The notes: a model not told the origin generated them from the sequence alone. A stretch of DNA of 64,000 nucleotides from Podarcis pityusensis (GCA_964106645.2 OZ067051.1); one strand, 5' to 3'; shown: positions 12,496 to 25,534, counted from the first letter of the stretch. Numbers and translations: made by a program.

Positions 12496-15400
12496 ATGCC
12501 TGTGCGTGAATTTGTTTCATGTGTGTAGATCAGTCCATGCTGACCAACACAGTCTTTGAAGTAAGGCTCTGTTCCGATGGCATGAGTAGTCCTGGTGGAT
12601 GAAAAAAGCTCAAGAGATCCAGCACTTAGCCGACACTCATGATGCACAGAGTTTCTTTAAAGCCACAAACACCATCTATGGGCCAATAAAGCATGGGATA
12701 TGCCCCCTATGCTCAGCAGACGGTACCACACTTCTAAAAGATAAAGAAGCTATTGCACTACGCTGGAAAGAACATTACCAACATCTCCTTAACCGCAACT
12801 CCCCCATAGCTGCTGAGGTCCTCTCTCAAATTCCACAAAACCAAGTTAGAGATCAGCTTGCAGTATCTCCAAATCTGGGAGAGCTGTGTACAGCTATTAA
12901 CCAAATGAAAAACAACAAAGCCAGCAGACCTGATGGGATACCTGCCAAAATCTTCAAAGTGGGTGGAATTGAATTTAAACAACAACTTCACAAGCTCATC
13001 GAAAAAATCAGGGGGAAAGAAGAAATCCCAGCAGACTTTAGGGATGCCAAAATTATCAATCTCTTTTAAAAAGGTGACAGAACTGATTGCGGAAACTATT
13101 GAGGTATCTCTCTATTAGCTGCGGCTGGCAAAATTATTGCAAGGATCTTAGCCAACTGTCTCTTAACAATATCAGAGGTGACCCTTCCTGAACCCCAAAA
13201 TGGTTTTCATCCTTCTAGGGGGATAGTGGACATGATTTTCACCACTTGACAGCTTCAAGAAAAATGCAGAGAGCAAAACCAACCCCTGTATATGGTGTTT
13301 ATTGACCTGACTAAATCGTAATGCCCTGTGGACTGTTCTTCTGAAAATTGGCTTCCCAGATAAATTTGTAAACATCATTCGGCTCCTCCATGATAATATG
13401 ACAGCAACAATCACAGATAACAATGGCTCTCAAAATGAACCATTCACAGTGGGATCAGGAGTTAAACAGGGTTGTGTTATTGCCCCAACTCTATTCATTA
13501 TTTTCATTACCATGATCCTACACTTTGTTGAAGGGAAACTCCCTACCGGAATAGAAATCATGTATCGAACAGATGGAAAACTCTTCAATCTGCACAGGCT
13601 GAAAGCAAAGAGTAAGGTTACCGTAACTTCCGTCATTGAGCTTCAGTATGCTGATGACAACGTAGTGTGCGCATGCTCAGAGGATGACCTCCAAACCATC
13701 CTAAATATCTTCGCAGAAGCTTATGAACAGCTTGGCCTATCACTCAACATCCAAAAAACCAAAGTGCTGCACCAACAAGTACAAAATAACCCCTCTGCAG
13801 CGCCACAAATCCAACTCCATGGTGTAACGTTGGAAAATGTTGATCACTTCTCCTACCTGGGCAGCTATCTTTCCACAAGGGCTGAAATTGATGCCGAAAT
13901 CCAGCATCTCCTGAGCTCTGCGAGTGCAGTTTTCTCCTGTTTGAAGTGCAGAGTGTTTGAGGACCGGGACATTTGCAGGGAAACCAAAATGCTTGTTTAC
14001 AAATCTATTGTACTACCAACCTTCCTGTGTGCTTGTGAAACATGGACCACTTATAAATGCCATCTCCAACTAAAAGATTCCACCAATGGTATCTCCGAAA
14101 AAATTTACACATTACTTGGGAAGACAGGGGAACTAATACCAGTGTACTGGAAGAAGCAAAGATCACCAGTGTTGAAGCAATGATTCTTCAACATCACCTT
14201 CATTGGACTGGTCATGTTGTGCCTGATGATCATCTTCCAAAGCAACTACTCTATTCTGAACTTAAAAATGGGAAGCATAATGCTTAAAAGAGTTTTAAAG
14301 ACTGTCTCAAGGCAAATCTTAAAAAAAAGTAGTATAAACACCAACAATTGGGAAACACTGGCCTGCGAGTGCTCCAGTTGGAGAACAGCCTTTACCAAAG
14401 ATGTCATGGACTTCGCTGTCACCAATGGAAGCGAAAGCCTTGAAAAAACTCAATATGGAGGTCAAATGGCCGAAATATTGGGAAATTTTGGAACAAGATG
14501 GAGATAGACTGAAATTGCAGAGTTTTGAAAAACTAAAAAACAAAGTGCGAGACTGGCTTCATTATTTTCAGATAATGGAGGCATTTAATTTGGACAAGAA
14601 AATTGGCTTCCAGGTGGAAAAATCAAAATTAGAAACTGAATTGTTAGAACCCAAAACTAAGAATTTGTCAAAGATGTATAACTTGCTGTTGAAATGGAAC
14701 ACTCAGGATGAAACGGTGAAATCTGTTATGATTAAATGGGCACAAGACGTTGGTCACAACATTATGTTTGCTGACTGGGAGCAGTTATGGACCACAGGCA
14801 TGAAATTTACGGCATGTAATGCCTTAAGAGAGAATATTATGAAAATGATATACAGGTGGTACATAACCCCAGTCAAGCTTGCAAAAATCTACCATTTGCC
14901 CGATAATAAATGTTGGAAATGTAAAGAAACTGAAGGTACATTTTTTCACCTTTGGTGGACGTGCCCAAAGATTAAGGCTTTCTGGGAAATGATATATAAT
15001 GAATTAAAAAAGGTATTTAAATATACCTTCTTGAAGAAACCAGAGGCCTTTCTCTTGGGCATAGTTGGCCAATCGGTGTTAAAAAAGGATAGAACTTTCT
15101 TTATGTACGCAACAACAGCAGCAAGAATACTCATCGCAAAGTATTGGAAGACACAAGAGTTACCCACACTGGAGGAATGGCAGATGAAACTGATGGACTA
15201 TATGGAACTGGCGGAAATGACTGGTAGAATCCGTGACCAGGGAGAAGAGTCGGTGGAAGAAGATTGGAAGAAATTTAAAGATTATCTACAGAAACATTGC
15301 AAAATCAAAGAATGTTAGAGTGATGATGGATTGAAATTAAGTGGTTTCTAGCTGTACAGACGTTAAAGTTATATATAGACTAAGATTAAGGATTAGGCAT

Positions 15401-15996
15401 AAAAAGGTTAAAAGAACGGAAAATTGGCTATTAATAGATAAGAATTTAATGTTATACCATATTAAGATTAAGGATTGGGATTAAAAAAAGAGGGAAAGAA
15501 ATTGCTGGACAAACAAATTGAACTGGAATACAAAAGAGGGAGGTACGAGGAGGTCCAGAAAATAAGTAAACTCAAAAGTGGTGATGAAAAGGTGGTATTG
15601 TTTTTAATTGTTTTTTCTTTTGTTTTGTTTTTTGCATTTTGTATTGTGTATTTTTGTATTGTATATTTTTCTTTTTACTTTTAATTTTCTTTTATTGATG
15701 TGTTCTGTTTTTATTGGAAACTTTAATAAATATCATTTCAAAAAACGAAAAAAAACACAAAGATGTCATGGACTTTGAAGACACTCAAACTCAGAACGCA
15801 AGGGAGAAAAGTGCTAAGAGGAAGGCACACTTGGCAAATCCACACCGTGATCAACTCCCGCCCGGAAACCAATGTCCCCACTGTGGAAAGACGTGTGGGT
15901 CCAGAATTGGCCTCCACTGTCACTTACGGACTCATTGTTAAAACCGTGTTTATGGAAAACAATCATACTCGACAATGAGTGATCACCAAAGAAGCA
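12496..15996 (+). mobile_element. 5'-truncated, decayed RTE-clade LINE (AviRTE/RTE-1-like, not BovB), interrupted by an L1 at 14414-15757
   Basis: RT motifs GVKQGCVIAPTLF, LQYADD and FSYLGS. C-terminal C2H2 CPHCGKTCGSRIGLHCHLRTH. Stops and frameshifts present. Imperfect TSD gctgccctcttctatg (12480-12495) / gcagccctcttttatg (15997-16012). Confidence 0.9.
14414..15757 (+). mobile_element. 5'-truncated L1-clade LINE (ORF2 C-terminus + 3'UTR) nested in the RTE
   Basis: Open ~300-aa frame to 15318 with the CCHC knuckle KCWKCKETEGTFFHLWWTC. AATAAA at 15725 and an A-rich tail. Perfect 18-bp TSD caaagatgtcatggactt (14396-14413 and 15758-15775). Confidence 0.92.
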
Positions 15997-16140
15997 GCAG
16001 CCCTCTTTTATGTGGCAGCCCTGAGTAACTGAAGAGATGTTTCATGTCTCATTCCCCTGCTCATCTCAGTTCCTTCAGTGTGTTTTCCAGGCTCCTGGCC
16101 ATCTTCACTGCCCTCATCTGAAGTTGCTCATTTGTCTTTC

Positions 16141-16511
16141 TTTCCCCCCTTTTTAGAAATCATTTTTATTGGTTTTAGAAATACAAATAAACACAAACTA
16201 ATAAAAGCATATCTATATAAAGAGATTCTCTGAATCTCAGGACTTCCCCCCATCCCCTCTGTGGGGTCTCATTTTAAACCTCTACAACTGCATATTCATC
16301 CATATAATTTTTATATCAAACCATATTGTCCATAGTAATTTATACACTACACGTGAATCAAAATCTTGCTCGTTTCCATCCGCTTACAGTGGTCTCCAAG
16401 GTAACTTATGAATTTTTCCCATTCTTTTATAAAGTTTTTATTCTCTTGGTTTCCAAGTTTTCCATCTCGGCTTTGCCACCTCGGCATAGTCCATCAACTT
16501 CTCTGGTAGGC
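16141..16511 (-). mobile_element. Short L1 3'-end insertion
   Basis: Minus strand encodes MDYAEVAK...EWEKFISYLGDHCK, homologous to the end of the 14.4 kb L1 ORF. Perfect 21-bp TSD gaagttgctcatttgtctttc (16120-16140 and 16512-16532). Confidence 0.85.
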
Positions 16512-17024
16512 GAAGTTGCTCATTTGTCTTTCATGCCTTCTCCATGAAGCCCAAGGGCAACACATGGAAGCAGGAGGCAGTACAACCCTGCTGGCCCTGC
16601 TCTCCGGTGCGTCAACCAGAAGCCGTGAAAAAGAGCACTTGACTGTGCAAGATTCCTGACCACATACGTAGAGCATCTGCAGCCAAGTGTGGGTAGGAGC
16701 TTTACCCAACATTCCTGCCTACATGAAAATTTTGGCGGTGGAGTCAGAAGGGCAAATGATGTCAGGGGCTTGGCCCTCCTCCATGTGTTTACAATTCCAG
16801 AATGGAAGGAAAGTGCAAACTATAGCTTACACATCTGACTATAATAGCAAACTATGGTTTGTTATAAATTGAGGGAGTATTTAAAGTACCCAAATGCTTG
16901 TTTGTGCAATGTGAAACTACAAATTGGAATTGCATGTCAACAAAGTTAGTGTCCCCTTAAAAATGGTGGGCATTAAAAAAGGTAAAAGATGCGTCTCTGT
17001 GTACATGAGCAAAAATAATGATTA

Positions 17025-17284
17025 CAGTGGTACCTCTGGTTGCGAACAGGATCCGTTCTGGAGGCCCGTTCGCAACATGAAAAGAGTGCAACCTGAAGCA
17101 CCGGATCTGCACAGGTGTGTGGTGCAATTTGGCACTTGTGCGCATGCGCGAAGTGCGATTTAGTGCTTGTGTGCATGCGCGAGCGGCGAAACCCGGAAGT
17201 AACCCTTTCCGGTACTTCCGGGTCGCTGCGGGACATAACCTGAAAGAACGTAACATGAAGCAAACGTAACATGAGGTATGACTG
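17025..17284. mobile_element. Tc1/mariner-superfamily (pogo/Tigger-like) MITE
   Basis: TA|CAGTGGTACCTC ... GAGGTATGACTG|TA termini; internal palindromes. Confidence 0.75.
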
Positions 17285-17522
17285 TACCTGAAAGTGCCTG
17301 TGGGACAGTGGAGCCCGCCGTTTGATAATGACCAGCGTGCCTATGTAACCCATGCCCAATGGCCTCTTTTAAGTGGGCTTGCTTTGAGTAATGGAAGAGT
17401 TATTTTCAATGTAACTTGTCCTTTTAAACAGCTTTATGCAAAGCAGGGAATAAAAACAGGCTTAAAATAGAAAAACAGAACCCTGGTTTTTAATTTATAT
17501 AAAATACAACATGCATAATATA

Positions 17523-17669
17523 TTACAGTTTCAGCTTCTGGGCAGAGAGTTCTCGTTTCTTAGGTTTCTTCTGGATTTTCTTTGCATCCTTAATTTGCAT
17601 TTTTACTTGATCTTGCAGCTGAGAAAAGAAGGCTTGGGAGGACTTCAAAGCCTTGTCTTTGCCATCATC
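17523..17669 (-). CDS. MPHOSPH10: MPHOSPH10 exon 11 (terminal; DDGKDKALKSSQAFF...AQKLKL*)
   Basis: Matches the human MPP10 C-terminus. AG acceptor at 17671-17670, TAA stop at 17525-17523, ATTAAA polyA signal at 17494-17489. Confidence 0.95.
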   Translation of the reverse strand, partial: DDGKDKALKSSQAFFSQLQDQVKMQIKDAKKIQKKPKKRELSAQKLKL

Positions 17670-18418
17670 CTGTAGCAGAGCAACATTTATTTCAGAACAA
17701 ATGGAAACATGCACATGTAAAATAAAATAATGCCCCACAGTTTCAGCCAATTAATTGTTCCAGCAGAATGCATAAGAGAAAGACCCCATTTGTATTCCGA
17801 TTGATAACTAAATGGCAAACAGCAGCTGTTATGTTATGCAATACCCTTTTTCTGGCAGCATAATAAATCCAGAAAGCGGAAGGGAGGCTTGGCGTTATCT
17901 ACACTCTCATGCTTAATGCATGTTAATGAGAGATAAGCATGCAGCACTAGGAAAGCATCCCTTTATAATCGAGGACTAAGAGCAATGGGAGCCCCAGTGG
18001 AATTTTAAACATTATTCCTTCAAGTTACTCCACCATAATCACTCTATCCTTTAAAAAGGGTCTTATGTTTCACCAACAAAGCATAGCAGAAGGTAGGTTT
18101 GTTTGCCATAATATACTTCATTTAAACAATGCCCAAGTTGTTTTGCGGTTCCACTGGGCTGAAGGTGCAGAGAATTATCAGAAATCCATCTCAGATATCA
18201 TATTCAGAATACTATTATGCTTGTAACAGAAACACACCAGCCCCCAGGTGAGTGAAGGACCTGCCTTCTCTGGCATCGGCTTGCTTGCCTGCCTGGGTCC
18301 TGCTCCACCACTTTTCATCACCTCAGCACCACCACCCCAGAGCCTCATTACCCGACCTCCAGTTTGCCCATGATGCTGCTTTTCAGGATTTTTTTAATTA
18401 AAAAAAAAAGGCTGCTGA

Positions 18419-18419
<1 letters not shown>

Positions 18420-18446
<27 letters not shown>
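18420..18446 (+). repeat. (GT)n microsatellite
   Basis: Read directly. Confidence 0.9.
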
Positions 18447-18450
<4 letters not shown>

Positions 18451-18900
18451 AATCAAGGGTGGATTTTTGTGTGACAGGATTGTCAGATCAGTTTTGGTAC
18501 TGAAAACAAATACCTGACCTGGGCTAAGCACGTGCCCAGAGGCACTCTGTTTCTTAACTATTCCACCCCTACCCCATCCTCAAGCACTATTTTACACCTG
18601 GCTCCGTTGGGTGGATCTCAGCATTTCTAGCAAAAACAAACAACAAACTTGATCCTGCAAACCAAATATGCCTAATAAGCAAGTTGTAGTACATCAGCCT
18701 TTTCTCCCCCACCCCAGTTCCCTGCATATGTTTTGTATGCCTGAAGTCCAAAACATCTGAAGGGAACCAGGATATCCTAGGCAAACACACCCACACCCAC
18801 CAAGTTCAGGAGCAGAACACACAAAGGCCTTGGACTAAAGTCTGCTTCTATAGAAAGAAGAATAGATTGATTTCTCTAGTTGTTTCTTTAGTAACCTTAC

Positions 18901-19128
18901 CTTGAGCAAGGAGGTTCTACCTTCCTTGGTTAGCTTCTTCAGTTTCTCAGCCGAAGCCTTTTTGCTCAGTCTAGCCCCCGGCACCAAATTCTTCTCCAGG
19001 AGTTTTTGCCGCTTCTCCCTCTCCTTCAGCTTCAGGCGTTTAACAAGCTTCTTTTTCCTCCGTTCCCGTTTTTTGTCAGTGGGGTTTTTTTCAGCATTTG
19101 TTTTCACATCCCCACCTTTGTTCTTCTC
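18901..19128 (-). CDS. MPHOSPH10: MPHOSPH10 exon 10 (EKNKGGDVKT...TDKKRERRKKK...TSLLK)
   Basis: Homology to MPP10; AG/GT boundaries; 228 nt, phase 0. Confidence 0.95.
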
Positions 19129-20141
19129 CTAAAAATAAGAACAGACTGAGAGTGGGATCCAAAAGCAACATAGAAAACTCTCTTTCACACAAATATACAA
19201 AATCAAAGTACCAGCTATCTGGCTGCAGCTTTCCCCAAGATGGCACCCCACTCCACAATTCTCTGGCCTGCAACTCCCCCCAGCCCTGCCTTAGGTCTTC
19301 AGCAGCTCACTCTTTCTGCCTATGAATATTAGGCGGCTGAGTACACACCAGGGCTTTTTTCACCACTGCAGTCAAATTTTGGTACTCTGTCCCCAGTATG
19401 CTTCCCTGGCCCCTCCCTCCTAACTCTTTACCCTTTCTCCAGCCTTGTAAATAAGCCCACAACATTTACTAGCCTGCTGATGGACAGAATGAAACTGCAG
19501 GCAGATTACCCAGAAGTCAGTCTCACTTTATTCAGGGGACTAATGCCTGGGTGGCAATGGTTAAGTCACCAGCAGCCAAGTTGGCATCAGCTCCACCACA
19601 GCCAGGCACAACACTACAGGAAAGGGACAAAAGGAGGAACTAGGCAGCTAGCCTCGTGCAGGTGGACAACAGAAGCAGTTCCTTCTCATCTGTGCACAAT
19701 TTGTTGCCTACAGCTACCATGAAAATGCTTAAAAACAAGATTGCCCTTGTCTTCCAGAGGGACTTGAGGTGTGGGTGCATTTTTTTATTATGTTCCTGCT
19801 CTGGCTCCACTGTTGTGATTATGTTCATTGCATTTGATAAAAATGTGTAAGTTAGCTTTTTATCCGCTGCTTTGGACACTCAGGTAAGGTGAAAAAAACA
19901 GGTCACAAGTGTCTAATATTAATAATAAACATTAAGATTCTGTTGAAAGAGCACGAGAGGGGGAAAGCACCAGATTTTGAGAAAAACCTACATAAACGAA
20001 GCCAAATCAAACTGCATTTGTTTCCTCCAATTTCAGAGACCCTGGAATGAAACTGGGTTCCCAAGAATGGAGTGTACTTTGCTGCCCAGCAAATGATGGG
20101 CCAAGTGGAAAGCTACTGGGAGCTATGAATTAGTGCCTTAC

Positions 20142-20249
20142 CTTGATCTCTTCCGGTGCAAGGAGGGCAGCATCACTAACACTCACTGGTGCAACTTCTT
20201 CCATGGTTATTGCTGGGAGATTGGATACAATTTTAACCTCTGGGACAGG
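20142..20249 (-). CDS. MPHOSPH10: MPHOSPH10 exon 9 ([36 protein letters not shown])
   Basis: Near-identical to human MPP10; AG/GT boundaries; 108 nt. Confidence 0.95.
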
Positions 20250-21332
20250 CTAAGGGAAATAGAAAAGGCTATGCACGTTAGATAACAGCGTTAAATGACT
20301 TCTACTGCAATCTTACACACACTTACCTGGGCGTAGACAAACCCTAACCCTAAAAGCCTGGTCTTGAATTCCATTAATCCAGCGAGGGGGAAGTTGTGGC
20401 TTTGTTGGTGGACTACAATTCCCAACATCCCTGAGCATTGGCCATGTTGTTGGAGGATGAGGGAGTCAAAAAACATTTGCAAGGCAAGAGGCTCCATATC
20501 CCAGAGTTAAGAAGTGATTCAGTTCCACTTAGGTCAATGGGGCTATATGGATTTGACAAGGCTCCCTAGACTTCCTAATGGTATAGTGGTTAGAAGACTG
20601 GACTAGGGCCTGGGGAACTGGATTCAAATCACCACTCAGCCATGAAATTCACTGGGTCAGCCATTGGCTCTTAGGCTAACCTATGTTGCTTAATAGGTTG
20701 GGTAATGTCTTACAGCGACCATCCAGGAAGGCAGAGGGCATAACACCAAGTCTTAATTTTGTAAAAGTAACTATACACAAAGCCAAAATAATTAACTCCA
20801 AATAGTTCACTTTCTAACCAATCAAAGACTTGCTCATACACAAAGAGGTTTACCCACAATTTAGACATTGACTGGGTTGCAATCAGCTTTCTAGCAAGTT
20901 TTCTAGCAAGTTTATGTAAAGCAGTAACTTGCTTTTGAGAAGTTATAGGTAATCCCATAACCTATGGAAATTAGATGTGAAGATGGCAGAGTCAGCATTC
21001 TGTTACAGAGGTTTAAGAGCCAAACTTGTATTCCAGCCTGGACAGAAAGACAGGGACATGTGCAGCAGAAATACAAACAGGCATGGCCAGGAATATCTTT
21101 TTTTATTTGTTACAGCTTCTCTGTTGCTGTTACTATGTTATTAGGACGAAACAGGGAGAGAGTGAACCATGTATGCCACATGAGATACTTGCAGGAAAGA
21201 GGATGTACACTTAATAACAAGGGGAAATATCTGGACCATCCAGCTAGCACAGAAAAACAGCTTTCAACCCTTTTCTACAAAGATCGTTTCTTATGCACAA
21301 TCCTGCAAACAAAGTTGCGTTACCATACTTAC

Positions 21333-21443
21333 TGGTTTAGGTGTGAAGTGGAAATTAGAAAGGGCATCAAGTCTAAGGAAGAGCGAGTCCATCATTTTCT
21401 GTATTTCTGCATGCTCAGGTTTTTCTTCCTCTTCCGTTTTTTT
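21333..21443 (-). CDS. MPHOSPH10: MPHOSPH10 exon 8 ([11 protein letters not shown]...[13 protein letters not shown])
   Basis: Homology; AG/GT boundaries; 111 nt. Confidence 0.95.
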
Positions 21444-22001
21444 CTGGATTAAGAGCAATGTGGGATTAGACAAGAGCAACTTCCAAGCAAGATTTTTCAT
21501 TCAAAAGAAAGCAAATGCTACCTTTGGCCTTTTATAGGCCAGGAAAGGGGAAGTTTATTTATTTACTTTTAAATGCACCCCCTTTTCTGGGTCCCTAAGA
21601 GTTACCAATTTATAGGCTCACTCGCCCTTGGCTAAACCCAGATGCTATGGGCTTTCTTCACAAAATACACAAGGTCAAAAAAAAAAAATCCCCCCCAACC
21701 ATTCCTAATTGCCAAATGGTGAGTTTTTCAAGTCCTGATTTATATTTCAGAACAACAGATATTGCAAGTTTCATCTGCATAATTCAGCTGCAAAGGAAAC
21801 AAGAGACTATTTCAAATGGAATCAGCATTGAAGGGGAGGAAGGAGAAAATACAAAATGACTTGCACTTCCCTTCCCTCTGCTTATTTCTCAGGACCAAAA
21901 TGGCTCCCTGGCAGCATCGTGCAGGGCCTAAATGATGCACTGTGGTGCAGGATCCTTCAACAATGGGATTACCATGGAATGTGAATTACAGAAAATTTCT
22001 A

Positions 22002-22224
22002 TTTTACTTTTTTAACCACATTAAGTTCTGTCTCTTTCTGAAACCGTTCTGACTCTGTATCTGTTAAGTTTTTCCCCAAAACTTTAGTTTTCTGTTTATT
22101 CCATTTAAATCCAGCCACCCGACCAAAATCATTAATCAGTTGTAATACTCTTTTCGTACTAGACTCTGGCTCCTGCAAGGTCAAAACCAGGTCATCTGCA
22201 AAAGCTTTTAATTTGTATTGTTTC
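22002..22224 (-). mobile_element. Internal L1 reverse-transcriptase fragment flanked by a TSD
   Basis: Encodes KLKAFADDLVLTL...FGRVAGFKWNKQKT. 19-bp direct repeat gaattacagaaaatttcta at 21983-22001 and 22225-22243. Confidence 0.85.
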
Positions 22225-22643
22225 GAATTACAGAAAATTTCTAAAGCCCATTTTTTAAAAAATAAAAGAAACAAACAATTGATTTAGAAAGGCTTGGAAG
22301 AGTAGAGTTGCAGTTGTGAGTTGAGAAGTTGAGAAGGAAGCCACATGCAAATTCACTCTAGAGCAACTCTCCTCCTCCTCATCTTCCCTGACTCCTGGCC
22401 ACGCTAGCTGGGACTGATGGGAACTGATGTCCCACAACACCTGGAGGATATCATGTTCCCCATTTCTGTCCTAAAAGCTTCTGCTCCTTTCAGGTCTGAG
22501 AAAACAAGGCTGAAGCTCTCAAGTGCCACAAAATGCAAACCATGTCAAGGGAAGCTCATTACTTCAACATCTGCCCACTGCCACAGATAAAGTTGGGCCC
22601 TCAAGCACCCTTAACAACCAATACAACCTCCCTCAAAAGGCAC

Positions 22644-22781
22644 CTGATTAAGTTTCAAATATTCTTGCTCATAAATTTCTGCAAGACTCAGCTTGCTTTT
22701 CTCGTGATCCAGAGTCAACCGCTTCTTATATTCATAGGGGTCTTCTTTCGGTTTTTCTTTACGAATGACATCGTCCCAAGC
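22644..22781 (-). CDS. MPHOSPH10: MPHOSPH10 exon 7 ([14 protein letters not shown]...[14 protein letters not shown])
   Basis: Homology; AG/GT boundaries; 138 nt. Confidence 0.95.
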
Positions 22782-23559
22782 CTAAAACAAAGTTTTTTTT
22801 AAAAAAAACACCACCACCACAGCCATATTAAAAACAATACAGAACCATGAGCAGCCTTTTCTGTAGGTAACAAGGAATTTAGCCATTCACATTCATTTGC
22901 CTTAACATTTCTATTCTGTCTTTTGTTTTAGAGAAGGGTAGTCAATGATATTGCATTCTGCTTAAGAACTCAACAGTTGCAAATCTACACATCACAGAAT
23001 ACTAAATCTTACAAATGAATGGCTCTTTAAAGAAAAATGTTTTAAGTTTTTTATGGCAGTCCTGAAGCAATGACTGGCTTCCCTGGGGAGGAGATTTCAT
23101 AAAATGGGAGCCACAGTAGTGAAGACTCTGCACCCCATTATGTGACAGAAGGCATTTTTTTGTGGCAACCTCTTAAACTGCAGAATTCCCTTCCCACAGA
23201 GCTGACTCTGAAACCTTCATTATGTAGCTTTCATCATATACTGAAGAGGTGCCTCTTCAATCTAATGGATAACAATATAATAAGCAGATGGCAGACTCTT
23301 CACTTTGTAGGAGATATCACCTACAGTGACTTCATACAGATATTCAATAGTAAGGGAGACAATAAGGAACTCCCAAGCATTTATCAGACCCTTTGAGAAG
23401 TGGGGGATACAGAAAGGGCATTGTTTAAAGCTTAAGCAACATTAGTTGTGTTCTTGTTCTTTTCCAATGTACGTATTCAATGCAAATGTAAAATCTGCTG
23501 GGTTCCCTTTCCCATTCTCCCTCCAATAGCAATGAAGACATGAAAACAGATCTATTAAC

Positions 23560-23627
23560 CTGATCTTTTATCCTTCTCTTGATAATCTCTTCAAGCTCCA
23601 GAGTTGTTTCTTCTGTGATCACAGGAG
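23560..23627 (-). CDS. MPHOSPH10: MPHOSPH10 exon 6 (APVITEETTLELEEIIKRRIKDQ)
   Basis: Homology; AG/GT boundaries; 68 nt, phase 1 to 0. Confidence 0.95.
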
Positions 23628-24425
23628 CTGAGAATACAAAAGCAGCAAACTCAGGATTTTTTTTAATGAAATGCATTTGTAAATAACCTTATGGGTTAAG
23701 AGCAGGCTCCTTTCTCTATTGCCAGCTGCCACTTGAAAAGACATGTAACCATTCAATTCAGCAGCAGCAGCACCCAACCTAAGGGTCATAATGAACTGGG
23801 TGCACAGAGGTACAGCTGTTTGAGGGCAGCAGTGTAACCAGAGATGATCCTGGCTGCAAATGCAGAGGAGCTCCTGGGACAGACTAGGATCAGTCTCTGC
23901 TTGAGACTGGGAGACATACACAATTAATGTCCCCCTTAGCCATGGCCTGACCGATTCTAGGAAGTCTGCATCATGCTAAGAACCATGGATGGAAAGCAGA
24001 GGGTCTGGGAAGAGGTTGCCCACCTTAGAAGGTTGATTTCATAATTTGCAGCTATTAAAGGTACAAAATTACAGTATCTCTACATAAAACATAAGCCTGG
24101 AGGCTTATAAAAATTCCAGGAAGAGGAAAAAGACAAAGGTCTGGCGCTACTCTTGCTCATGCAGAAGCGCTGTTTGTAAGACCGGGTGCCCCCGTGCTAC
24201 AGCTATATAAAAGGTTACCAGAATCTGCATGACTACAGAAGGAAATTGCACAGCTGCCACACAGAAGTGCCGGTGCCTCTACATCAGTGACTTCTCCTGG
24301 CCCAGAGCTCATCAGCACCCCCAACATAGTTCCCAGCTCTTCATGCAGGGGGTCACCTGCTGCTGCAAGCCCTGCCCTATAAGGAACATTTAAGTGAAAG
24401 CGCTGCTATAAAGTGCAATGTTTAC

Positions 24426-24567
24426 CCATTTTGACTGCATGGTCAAAAATAACCATTTCCTCCAGAAGGCTGTTCTCAGGCCGCTTTTGTCCTGTCACTT
24501 CACCTCTCAGCTGCCAAGGCTTCTCCATCAGCAGTTCCTTTTCTAGCGATTTAATTTTTTCGCTCAT
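24426..24567 (-). CDS. MPHOSPH10: MPHOSPH10 exon 5 (MSEKIKSLEKELLMEKPWQLRGEV...RPENSLLEE...DHAVKM)
   Basis: Homology; poly-T + CAG acceptor, GT donor; 142 nt. Confidence 0.95.
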
Positions 24568-25175
24568 CTGCAAAAAAAAAAAAAAAGTTCTTAAGACACT
24601 TCGTTTCCCATGGCTTCAAACCCACTTTATTTCCCTTGGCTTCAATCTTACATGTTTACTTAAGGACATTCACAGAAGGACAGTTGATATCCCCTTCTCC
24701 CACTGCAGCCACCTGTGACCTTCCCCCCACCTACTCACTTGAAAACGACTCTCTAGAGAGTCTAGGGAACCTTCTAAAAATGCCGAACTGAGGGGTGGGG
24801 GCTGCTGTTGGAAGGAGGAAAAAAAGAGAAACTTCCATTCTGTGAACTTCCTTATCTTAGGCTCCAAGATCAATTTTGGGTGACGCCACCCCCCTTTCCC
24901 CATCAGTCTCCTGCACCCCATCCCCCAATGTTCAGGAGCCCCAATCCTACAAAAAGCTTTTTAGGGTGCATGGGGTCTGCCAGAGGCAAGAGGAAACACG
25001 AAACTTTCCTTCTGTAAATCTCCTTAAGTTAACTTATCTTAGGATCCCAAACACTGCCTTATTCTCTTTTCTGTTTTTTCATGCTTGAAGTTCTTATTTT
25101 TTGCTATAAACATGCTAGTTTCAGATGGCATGAGATAAACGCAGTTGGTTTGGTGGGATGCAACAGAAAGTTTAC

Positions 25176-25356
25176 CTTTTCCTGCCTTTTCTCAAAGGAC
25201 GACTTTGTTTCAGCAGAACTACTTCTCTTTGCCTGGAACATATCTATCTCCTCTTCTATGTCGCTGTCATTTGGCAAGCTGAACGTCACTCTTTTAGAAG
25301 GTTCTTTGCTTTTTTCATTCTCTCCTTTCTGTGTGATTTCATCCATTTCCTCAGCT
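25176..25356 (-). CDS. MPHOSPH10: MPHOSPH10 exon 4 (...KRVTFSLP...KSSFEKRQEK)
   Basis: Homology; AG/GT boundaries; 181 nt, phase 2 to 0. Confidence 0.93.
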
Positions 25357-25534
25357 CTGTAGTTAAACAGCATTACATGAAAAAGAGACCTTTAAAGGAC
25401 TTTCATTAGGCTTTTGATTCATTCATAAACACATGAGCCTGCTGGGACACCACACAAAAGTGCCCTGAGGAAAGTATCCATTCACAAAACATTCTGGACA
25501 CGTCTGCAAACTGGAAAACCTGTCATGGACACTA

